Shown piece by piece: positions 36,601 through 48,600 of a DNA stretch of 64,000 nt; the stretch's first letter is position 1; every line of letters begins with the position of its first letter. The notes under the pieces are model-generated. The model made no database searches and was not told the DNA's origin. It saw only the letters and a list, made by a program, of their open reading frames with translations. The translations under genes were made by a program, and so were the position numbers. Origin of the DNA: a virus (Duplodnaviria > Caudoviricetes); IMG/VR virus record IMGVR_UViG_3300021254_000035, positions 2,420 to 66,419 of that record; one strand, given 5' to 3'.

Positions 36601-39600
36601 TAACAAACTGACAAATGAGAATGCCTATGATATGGGCGTGCGTGCTGGCAGCATGGTTGAGGACAATCATGAAGGCTATGCACTATTGAACCTCCTAAAC
36701 AACATTCCTGTTGATGCAGTGCTGCCATTCTATGATGGCGTGAGCAGTTTTACCGCAAGGCTTGCAAGAGCAATCAACGAGACCAACACAAACCCGACGG
36801 ACGGCCAGAAGGAAGCTGGTAATTACAAGAAGGGACATTTGCAGTTTGGTGGTTACAACTTTACGGTTGAGAACCCAAAGGGTAGTGTGCGCAGTGGTAA
36901 GGATGCCAGCGGCAAGCCGTGGAGCATTACCATGCACAACACATACGGTTATCTGACCGGCAAAGGAAACCTTGGCAAGGATGGTGACCATCTGGATGTG
37001 TTTATCAATGACGATGCAGATCTCGACAACTGGAACGGGAATGTGTTCGTAGTTGATCAGGTGAACAGTGACGGCAGCTTTGATGAGCATAAGATCATGT
37101 ACGGCTTCGACAACGAGGTTGATGCTCTCAGGAACTACCTGATGAACTACAGTAGGCCATGGCATGGCATGGGTAACATTACAGGTGTTGACAAGGCCAC
37201 CTTTGACAAGTGGGTTGAATCAAGCAACCGTAAACAGAAGCCGTTTGCCGAAACAAGGTTTGGTGACAACAGGGATGTTGTGGAGAAGGTGATGGATGGC
37301 ATTGAGAAGAAGAAGGAAGTTGCTGATCTGAGCGAACCAAAGATTGAGAACAATCATCCTTCTTCAAAAGTTATACAAGGTCTTGAAGATATAACTGTAG
37401 AGGATTTTCTTGAAGGTGTACGTGGAGATATAGAAAGCATTCTTAGTGATAACGATCTTTCGGATATTGTTACCATTAAGGGTTTAGCTCTTCATGGAAG
37501 TCGTATGCGTGGTGATGCAAGAGAAGATTCCGATATTGATGTTGTGGTGGAATATGAAGGAGACATCAGTGAGGATGGGCTATTTAATATTCTCAGCGAT
37601 GCCGATTTGGCTGTCAATGGTATTCCTGTAGATATTAATCCGATTACCAAAGGAAAAAGCGGTACACTAGAGCAATATATGGAGCAAAGCCGTAAGTATG
37701 ATGAAGAAATAGCTAAGAAAAGACAAAAGACAGAACAATCTAAATATCAATTATCATCTGAAACAGATTCAGAAGGAAACAGATTTTTTGAGAAAGAAGG
37801 ATCAATAGATTTGTGGACACTTCCAAAACTCTTTGCAAAGGCAAGACGGCAAGATGCCCCAATACGTTTAACAGAACGCAACCTTCAACACATTATTGAC
37901 GAACATCACAAAGAAATCGGTAATACAGATGATGTGCTTGCATTCCTTGATAATATATTTAATAACGCTCCTGTGCTCAGAAAAGCTAGAGGAAGAGGAA
38001 TGTTTGTGGTTGTTGAGCAGGAAAAAACTGATAAAGCAGCCATTATTAAGTTGATGCCAAGCGAAAATGGCGATTATTACAACGTTGAAACAGCTGGCTA
38101 TTACCGAAAGAATAAGTGGAAGGAATATGAAGATGTGATTGCTGATCTGCGCGAACCAGATCAATCAGATGCCGTTACCGATGTCTCTAAGCCCCAAACT
38201 TCCAATCAAAACGGCAGGAAGTCGATTAACGCTGAGACGCAAACTTCATCTTCTGAGGGCAAAGATAAGAAAAATATCGATACGCTCCAAGAAAAAGGGA
38301 ATAAAAATGCGAAAAAGAATGAAAACAAGATTGAGGATGTTGGCGAAGTGATTGCAGGTGCCAGGAAAGACATGCGCCGAAAGATTGCCGAGAGTATAGA
38401 CAGTGCCACCGAGAAGACACTGATTGACCTTCCATTCTCGAAAGCCTATAAGAAGCCAGACTTGAAGAAAGCTGTTGAAGAAGGTGCGCTCAGGGAAGAG
38501 GATGCCACCTTCTATGATGCATTCTTCTCTACCATGGTCAACCCAAGCAAGCCCAAGGTAGTACAGTCGGAACTTCGAATGAAGAAGTGGAAGCCTGACT
38601 ACAAAACAAAGGTTGAGAGATGGGCTGAGGCTACTCATGAAGCCCTGCAGGTTTTGAAGGAGTTTGTTGAAGCCACAGAGGAACAGCGTGATGAGATCAT
38701 CAGAAAGGCACTAGAAAACAAATATCCGATGCGTGATGTTGAGCTGGCTGAGATTGAGAAGCGCAAGGAATGGAACAAAGACCGTGACTTCAAAGCTGGC
38801 GACAAGACCACACCCAATCCGTTGTGGGTGACATACGAGGTAATGAAGCAGCTTGACTACAAGCCAGGAGAGAAGCTTGATATTCCTTATGGACTCCTGA
38901 AGGCCGACGCACACGGTACGGGATATTACCTGTATAACGCCAAGAACGAGACAAACTACAATTTCCATCCGCAGAGTGTAGAAGATGGAATATCGGATAT
39001 CGTATGGCTTGCAAAGCTAAAGCGAGGTGATGCTGATATTCAACATCCTATCAGCTCTTTCAGTACACCATCTACCAAGAGCGAGACAGGTGAGACTGGT
39101 CGCTACAGAGTTATTTGGGGAGGATCTAACATCAAGACAAGAGACTTTGACAACAAGAAAGAGGCAGATGAGTTTGCCGCCAGCAGAAAGCAACAGTCAC
39201 TTGTTTCACCCATTCGAGAGGTGGTACGTCGTTTCGGTTACAAGGTTGTTTTCCGTAACCCACTGACTAATGACAAGATCGTTGTAGATGATCAGGAATT
39301 TGACACTAAGAATGAGGCACAAGCCTATCTGGAAGACAACTATGATGAGCTGAACGAGAAGCTGAATAATATTCTTTCAGAACAGAGGAAGGATAAAAAG
39401 AGAACGGAACTTAAAGCAGATGACCTGGTATTCGTGTCCATGGTTAGAGGAAACGATAACAAATGGACATACGGTGTGATCATGGATAAGAAGTACGCCA
39501 ACTACTATGGTATGCCTCGCGTTCTCAAAGAAGGCTTTGCAACCCGTGATGAGGCTAAGAAGTATGCTGAAAGCATTAAGGATGAGGTTTTCAGTACCTA

Positions 39601-42600
39601 TAAGAACTATAAGACAAAGCAGAAGAACATTGTCTATTTTGATACTGGTGAGAATTCCAGACTTGGTGAGGATTACCGAGGCGGCAAGGATGTGAGTGCA
39701 GAGGATTTCATGAACACATTCGGATTCAGGGGTGTGCAGTTTGGTAACTGGACAAACCAGGCAGACCGCCAGATGGCCGTTAACCAAGCTTATGATGCTT
39801 TCCTTGACTTAGCTAAGCTTATAGGTGTATCTCCACAGGCACTGAGTCTGAACGGTGAGTTAGGTATTGCATTTGGTGCAAGAGGTGCTGGAGGCTTTGC
39901 CGCCCACTATGAACCAGGAGAGATTGTCATCAACCTGACTAAGACACAAGGTGCAGGCAGTCTTGCACATGAATGGTGGCACGCCCTGGACAACTACTTT
40001 GCAAGAGCAGCTGGAGAGAAGGGAGGCATGGTTACTGATGACTCCAGACTGGAGATGCGTCCGGAGCTTCGAGATGCATATAACACATTGACCAGACAAG
40101 TTGCAGCAAGCAAGTATTTTGCACGTTCAAAAGCCAAAGGCGACTACTGGGGACGTATGCATGAGGTTACAGCCCGATTGTTAGCCGAATGGGTAGATCA
40201 GGAACTGAAGAAACGTGGTGAGTTGAACACTTTCCTTTCGCGAGGTGCGAACACTGAACGAACGATGGAGAATAACTATCTTTTCTATGAGGTGATGCAA
40301 AAGATCGCAGGAAAGGAAGTAATGCCATTTGAAGAGTTCAAAAAGACCGACGAAGCCATGAGTGGATCGCCTTATCCATCAAAAGCTGAAGTTGACAGCT
40401 TTGCTGATGCCATGCGCAACATCTTTGACGTGATGCAGGAGCGAAAAGATGAAGAAACGGGTAATATAATGCTTTATGAGCCTGATTTTGAGTATAATGC
40501 TCAGGAACCGAGACCACGCAGAAGGAACCCGAAGGTGGTAAGCCATATAGAAGGTAACCTGTTCCCTGAAGAGAAAGAAGGCGAGTTGTTTGATGATAAG
40601 AAGGCCGCGGCAAAACCGCAGCCTACCAAGAAGCCAGAAAGCAAGCTGGAGAAGTTGAGTGATAAGCAGCTGTTGGAAGGTATCGGACAGAACGCTAACA
40701 GCAAGGACTGGGATCTGTATATCGATGAGTATGACAAGAGACACCGAGATGAGTACCAGGATGCTTTGGCCGCATACTCAGACATGCTGGAGAAAGAAAA
40801 CGTCAGTTTGGAAGATGCCTATGGCATGTATGCTGATGTGGCAGCCAAGTGGAACGACAAGGGCTTTGCAAGTGATGAGCGCAGTAAGCTGATGGCTCAG
40901 GTGGATGCACTGGAGGAATATGTTGACCGGCTGGAGAGCGAAGCTATTGAGCGTGAGGAAGCCGAAGAGGAAGAAGCCGCTGCAAAGCAGCAGCCTGCAG
41001 AGAAAAAGGCACGTTATGAAGAGGATAAGACTGATGTAAGAGCGCATGGTTACGACTTGACCAAGATCAGGCTAAGAGAGCTTGGTGAAGGTGAGGTCAG
41101 CCATGTGGAGAGACGTTATGTTGAGAACGGCTCATTCTCGTTTACAGGCGGTGAACATATTGAAAGTGCCGCCGATGTAGCCTACATTTTCAGGCAGCTA
41201 GAAGATGCAGCCGTAGAAAACTCCTTTATGGTGTTGATCAAGGATGGTGTTCCTACGGTTATCCATCTTGCAATCGGTTCATATAATGCTGTTCATGCAC
41301 CCATCGAGCAAGCTTTTGCAGCATACAAGGAGATTGATCCCGACAATGTTATTTTCCTACATAACCATCCAAGTGGGAACTTGGTAGCTAGCCGAGAAGA
41401 CCTTGCATTGCAGAAGAAGGTGGAGGCCATGTTTGGTAGAAAGGCTCTTCCTGGCATTATCATTAATACAAAAAGTGGTAAGTATGCAGAATTCAACAGC
41501 GAAGGGAGCAATCAAATTGGTTTGCGTCCAAAATCTGTTGATAAGGATATTCCTGTACGTGTATTCAATTTCTCCAAGCAGGTGTTTGCAAAGGACTGGA
41601 ACCCAGAGACAGCTTTTGAAGGTAGCGACTCGCGGAGCATGGCTGCATTCGTGAGCAGTCACAGACTTGGGGATCACAACAAGATGAGTCTGATTGTGAT
41701 GGATCAAGCTGGTCATATCACTGGTAATATCTTCCTTCCATGGACTACCACCAACGAAATAAGCAAACAAGCCAATGCGCTGCAGATTGCCACCTATGTC
41801 AATCAGATGGGTGGAAGATATGCTCTTATTTACGGTAATACGACAGTTACTGACAGCAAAGACATCAAGATATTGAAAACAAACCTTGATGGATACAATG
41901 TTAAACTTCGTGACGTTATGACCATTGAAGGCAGTGCACATGATAAAGGTTTGCTTTTTGAGCCTGATGTGGTGTATAAGGGCAGTGCCAAGGACATGAT
42001 GGAAGCTGTAGGAAAGCAATATCATGGAAAGGAAATGGTGTTCTTAGACAAGACTCATGGCGAGGAGCAGCTGTTGAAGGATCTTGGTATGTATGACGAA
42101 GTGACCAAAATGAAGGGATCACCTGAATATGATGCCATCATGGAGCATTTACGTAAGAATCTTGGAAAAGCAGGTGCTTCTTATAACCGAGATACGAAAA
42201 AAATATATATCTTTGCACCAGAAATGACTTCTTCTTATGCAGAAGAGGCATATTTCCATGAGAATATCCATGCCATTCTTGATGATTGGTATGGAGATGG
42301 CAAGAGAACGATTGCGGAACGGTTCTGGAACGTCATGCCAGATGACGGTAAGGTTAATAAGGCATACGTTAAAGAAAAGAGTACCGATAAATCAGAGTAC
42401 GCAGAGGAGGCATTTGCCTATTGGCTGAGCCGTTCAATGCAGGACGGTGATGTTGCAGACTTCCTCAATTATTTTGACGAAGCAGATAAAGAGAGAATTA
42501 ACAATATTCTTAAAACATTTGGCTATGACGCAGAAAAAGAATCAGAAAGAAGAGTTCGTTTGCGGAGGAATCAACATGTTTCGGAGGCTCAAAGCGGATA

Positions 42601-45600
42601 TTCAGAAACTGACGAAGGGTTATCAAGATCGGAAAGCGAAGGAAGCGGAGCAGGAGTAAAGAGCGGTACATTGGCCTACATTAAAGATGTAACCTTGCCA
42701 TCCGAATCCAGCACTTCGGCACAAGGAGACCAATATACTAAACCTGCTGGGGTTGACTCTTCTGAAGGCAAAGATAAGAAAAATAGTGATACGCTCCAAG
42801 AAAAACCCCAAAAATATGATTATGGGGAGATAAACACTGGCGAAAAGGAACGCGAAGCAAAGGAGCTGGCTACAAAGGCAGTGATGCAAGTGCTTGATAA
42901 TTCTGGTGTGAGCTACCATGAGGTAAGCCAGGCTGAGGCTATGGCTGTGCTTCGTAAGACGCAGGCACTCCGTGAAGGTCGTTCGTTCCATGTGGATACC
43001 CCTGTATTTGTGAGCAATGCATTGAAAGCTGTTGAGGGTATCAGGCAGGAAAAGGCCACGCCTGAGCAGTGGCTGGCCATGATTCAGAAGAACGGCGGCT
43101 TGAAGGCCGGAGAAGATAAATGGCTTGGCCTGAGTGACTGGCTGAAGGAACAGGCGAGCGCAAAACGCTCACTTACAAAAAATGAAGTGCTGGATTATAT
43201 TCGTGAGAATCAGATACAGGTCGAGGAAACAAACTACAAAGAGTACTTCGATGTTGATGACAATCCTCAGATGCAGAAGTTCCGCAAGGAGTTCGATGGT
43301 CTTGTTGAAAAGTATGAGAGCGAGAAAAACGCCGTTGAGCAAGAAGCAAACACGTTCAACGACGAGATGTATCAAAAGTATGGAGGAGGCTGGGCAAACG
43401 ATCCTGAAAGGCTTAACGAGGAAGATAGAAAGCGAAACGACGACATGGTTGAACGTTGGAACAACATGAATGACAGTGATCCTCATGATCTTGCTTTCCG
43501 GGAAATGGTTGATAATTACGGAGACGATTTCGAAATGGCCTTTGAGGTGAACTACGGTAACGGGAATCTGGAGCCTCAGATGGATATGTATGATGAAGAG
43601 ATTTCAGATGCAGCCAAACATTTCCTTCAGTTTGAAGATGAACCCATTAATTCCACTCGTTTGAGTTACACAACTGAAGGATTAGAGAACAAGAAGGAGA
43701 TTGCCCTAACCGTTCCAACTATTGATCCGTACAACGAAAGCGACAATATTCACTTTGGCGATGCCGGAGGTGGACGTGCTGTTGCGTGGATTAGGTTTGG
43801 TGAAACAACACTACCTGAAGATGGAGGCGAAAAGAGAAGGGCTGCAGAAGCGATTGAGGCTGATAATGCCAAATGGTATGCTGCCCATCAAGATTTTGCC
43901 CGATACGGAATTGGTGATGCCGACGGATCCTTATCGAAGGAAAGTGAAGAGCGTAACGAGCGTCAACGTAAGGCGTTCGCAGAAGCCTATGCCGTTCCAC
44001 AAACCCGCAAGGTGCTCGTGATAGATGAGATTCAAAGCAAGAGGCATCAAGACGCACGAGAGAAGGGCTACATAAGCGATGATGCGAAATCCAGGTTGGA
44101 AGAAGCACGCAAAAATGTAGATTTTGCTCAGCAGGAATACGACAACTATGTCGTCATGCTGAAGAAGCAGCACAAAGGAGAAGCGTTTGAGGATTTCTAT
44201 TCCGATTTGCCAGTCCTGCAAAGAGAAATGGTTGACAGTCTTGAACAGGATGTATATAAAGCATCAGAGGAGTTTGAAAAAGCATCAGAAGCAGCAAACA
44301 GCGTCCCCGACGCCCCGTTTGAGAAGAACTGGCATGAACTGGCCATGAAGCGTATGCTCCGCTATGCTGCTGAGAACGGCTACGACAAGATAGCCTGGAC
44401 TACCGGCGACCAGCAGGCTGAGAGGTATAATATCGGCAACGTCGTGGAAAAGATCATATCCTATGACTATCCTGAGGTGAATGATCCTGACGGACGCAAA
44501 ACCAAGAAGATTGAGGTGCGCTTGAAAGATGGTGAGACAATGACAATGCGTGTTGGTCAGAACGGTAAGGTAATAGAGGGACGAAGTGACACCGAGGGTA
44601 AGGATCTGACGGATGTTGTTGGCAAAGAACTTGCCAAGCGAATCATGGACGGCGAAGGAAAAGATGGTACGATTTTCGATGCCAACAAGGATCTTCCAGC
44701 CAAGGTAATTGAAGGTGAAGGTCTCCGAATCGGTGGCGAGGGCATGAAGGGTTTCTATGACCAGATGATACCGAGATTTATGGATAAGTACGGAAAGAAG
44801 TGGGGTGTGAAGACTGGTGAAGTGGAGCTTCCTGGACTTGCTCCCGCTGGAAAGTACTCTTCAAAAACGGCCAAGATGTGGGCTATTGATGTTACTCCAG
44901 AGATGAAGGAGAGCGTGATGCAGGGACAACCTATGTTCAGTGTCGCAGGCAAGGAGCCAATGGTTACCTCAGAGGGAGTTGTATATGGATATACGGACGG
45001 TAAGGATATCTATTTGACAGATGAGGGAATTAATCCTGAGACTCCAGCACATGAGTATGGTCATCTTTGGGTGAAAGCCATCAAGAAGAACAGACCTGAT
45101 CTTTGGGAGAACATCAAGGATCTGATGAGAGAAGATGAGGTCTCTCAAAAGATCTACCAGAAACTGCTTGGTGACAATAACTACAATCAGATCCATGGTG
45201 ATGAAGATGAGCTTTACGAGGAGGTGCTTACCAACATGGGAGGTGCAAAGAACCGCGAAAGGTTTGAGCAGGCTGCAAGGGAAGTTCTTGATGAAGCTGA
45301 GGGCATGGATGAGACCATGAAGATTGCAAATGTGATCAGCAAGATTCGTCGTGCTTTCCGTAAGCTGTGGGACTGGATTGGTAAAGACTTGTTTGGAATT
45401 AAGAAGTTCAAGAGCGTTGACGAGGTTACCGACAGGATGATGTATGATTTTGTTGAGGGTACGGACGTGAAGACTGGAGTTGAGGATGCTGTAATAAAGC
45501 AGCCTACAGAACCAAGAAATGTTTCTTTCCAGGCAGGTAAGGGAAAGCCAAGGCAGAAGAAAGGCGAAGGCATGGCTTCGTACTTCAACCGACTGAGAGA

Positions 45601-48600
45601 GTGGGAGAGAAGGAAGATGGCCGAAGAGGATGAAAGTGATCCTATGCCTATCATGCCCGACACTGAAGGTATTGAAGACTTTGAGGAGCTTAAACGTATT
45701 CAAGACGAATACCGAAAGCTGTACCAGGAATGGGAAGTGAGACACGGTATTGCTGATTTGGAGAATGCTGATCTTGGTCTTTATGATGTAGCAACAGGGA
45801 AAAAGGATGTATCACAGCCTACCGAAGAAGAACAGTTGCTGGATCAAGAGATTGATGCCAGGGTATTGCAAGACATCGGTAATGCTGTTGGCTTTAACAC
45901 AACTCCAGAAGGAGCACGCAAACAGGTGAAGTATGCTGTTATTAACAGAAGAAAGAATCTGGAAAGTGCGAGTGCCGAAGATGCCATATTTATTCACGAC
46001 CTGACAAAACGACTCGATGATATAGCTAAGAACATATCCTCACAGGGAGGAGAAAAGGTTACGGGCAAGATGCTGAGGGAAGCTTTACCCGACATCATTG
46101 AAGGTACATACGGCTATGATATTGTGAAGGCTGACAACGGTGAATGGATCAGGATGGATCACAGAGCCGCTATGCCTATTCAAATGACACCATCTTTGCA
46201 GAAGGTTCTTGATGATATCAAGGACTGGTATGATGAATTCTATCATGTTCTGGAGGATGCAGGATTGAGAGGCAATGCTGGATATATTGCCGAGGGCTAT
46301 GTGAACCACATCTGGGATAAGGAAAAGAGTGATCCGAAGGCATGGAAGGAGTATGTTGAGAACTATCAGCGTACAAAAAGCCCGAATATGAAGAAGAGAG
46401 AGATTCCGACGTATGCTGAAGGTATTGCTGTTGGGTTGGTTCCAAAGTTCACTGACATCACCGATATCATGTCATACTATTCAAGGAGCAACAACGAAGC
46501 TGTTGCCAACAGAAAATTCCTTGATGATCTGGCTTGTATCAATATTGATGAGCTGAATAAGGATGGCGAGGTAGTGAGATCATTGCCTTTGATTACTAAC
46601 GTTGAGCCGTACCATTTGGATAAGGAATCATATACTAAGCCATACGATGTTCCTGGAGTGGGTGATGTGTGGGTACATAAAGCAGCAAAGCAGCGTTTTG
46701 CCAGCGTGTTCGGTACGATGAGAACAGCGGATATTCCTGACTGGGTTCATAGTCTTGGCAAAGGTTGGGACGTTATTGGTGGCACAGCTAAGAAGATACA
46801 GCTGAGCTTTAGCGGTTTCCATGCAGGAGCCTTGACGGAGGTTGCTTTGGCACAGATGCGTCCTGACAAAGGCATGAGGGCATTGATGGAGTACGTCGTA
46901 CTGGACAGCATCAAGAAAGGCACTTTGCCAGCTTACGCCCATCCAGAGGACTTTAAGCTTGCTGCAAAACATCTGGTCAACCTTGGTGCTACCGCCGACT
47001 ATGCAGCTGCAGACGTGAACATGATTACCGAGAAGCTGAGGAACTTTGTACGAGATCTTGCCAATGAGCAGAACTTGGCAAAGAAAGGTATAGGAAAGGC
47101 CATGACACCTGTAGCAGCGATGCTTGACTTTATGAACAAGGGAATGGACACTGTTCTTTGGAACTATATCCATGATGGTTTCAAGATTGCCTGTTTCAAG
47201 ATGTTTGCTGAGCAGGTTGAGAAGAGACTGAACAAGATTTATGGGCAGAATGGGCTTGATGGGCAGAATGGGCTGAGTAAGGAAGAGATGAGAGAACAGT
47301 TACTTGATGAGGCTGGACAGTATGTCAACGACACGTTTGGCGGTCAGTATTGGGAACTGTTGGGTGTCACACCGGCACAACTCAAATGGATGCGCAGAGC
47401 CTTGCTTTCACCCGACTGGCTGGTGAGCACACAGCGTCATTTCTTGGCAAACTTCGGAATCGGCAGCTTGTATAATGAAGGTGGGTTCCTGGAGTATATG
47501 AGATACAACGCCGACAACTTGAAACGAGCTTTTGGTGTGGACATACCAAGGAATGAGTTAAGAAGGTTTAGGAGCAAGAACGCCAAGCAGTGTTACATCT
47601 TGGGCGTATGTGTATTCTTCTATAGCCTGATGAACGCCATCAATGCCATTGTAAGAAAGTCTGATGAGGACAATGAACGCATGAAGGCAGAGGAAATCAG
47701 AAAGACTGATCCAAACTACCGTTCACCCTACGAGCTTGCTTATCCTGAAGGCATGAAGTGGTATGACTATACCATGTATGGCAATACGATTGGTCAACAG
47801 ACACACCTTCTTCTTGGTCGGTACAAGGATGGAACCGAATGGTATGCACGATGGGGTAAGCAGTTCAGGGAATTCCCAGAGTTGTTCATGGGACGGCATG
47901 GTGTTGAGTTCCCAGCCCCGATGATCGAGCGCATGATGGGTAAATCAAATCCAATGATCAGCTACATCCGCGACGGTCTTGGCACCTTGGATGTTCACGG
48001 TTTTGACATTCCGTATCAAGAGAAAGAAACTGTTGAGAAATACGGCAAGGAGATAGCTTTCCTGTCAATGACTGCCAAGCATTTCCTTCCGTTCAGTGTT
48101 CCTACGCAAGCAGACAAGGAATTCAAGACATGGGATTTGGTTATGCCTAGTCAGAAGGGATTCACTCGCTGGAAGGCCGTTGATTTCTTCAAGACCTACA
48201 TCAATGCTGGTGATATGCACGGAATAGAACGCACATACCATGCAGCTGTGATGAACAACCTGAATGCTGAGGAGTGCCTGCAAGCAGCTATAGCAAGCGT
48301 GAAGGCCACCCAGAAGAAGGAGCTGGTTGATGGTGTTACTGATCTTCCAAGTGCATTCGAGGCATTTGACAATGCTAAGACATTGAAGGAAAGACAACTG
48401 ATGCGAAAGAAGATCATCCAGTATATGACCGGTGAAGACTACAGGGCATTTACCATGGCTGATGCAAGAGAGAAAGCATTATCATTCTGGGAAGGTGATA
48501 AGGAACAGACAATCACAAAGGATAATGACAAGTACATCATGCAGGCCACAGCTGAAGATATCCGTGATGACTATAAGATGGATGCCCTATACAAGAAGAG

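Noticed and set aside
34478-39020. Isolated TAnnTTTG matches inside the giant gene (e.g. near 34480 and 39012, minus strand)
   Set aside because: A 6-informative-base motif is expected several times by chance in 18 kb; there is no supporting repeat or structure.
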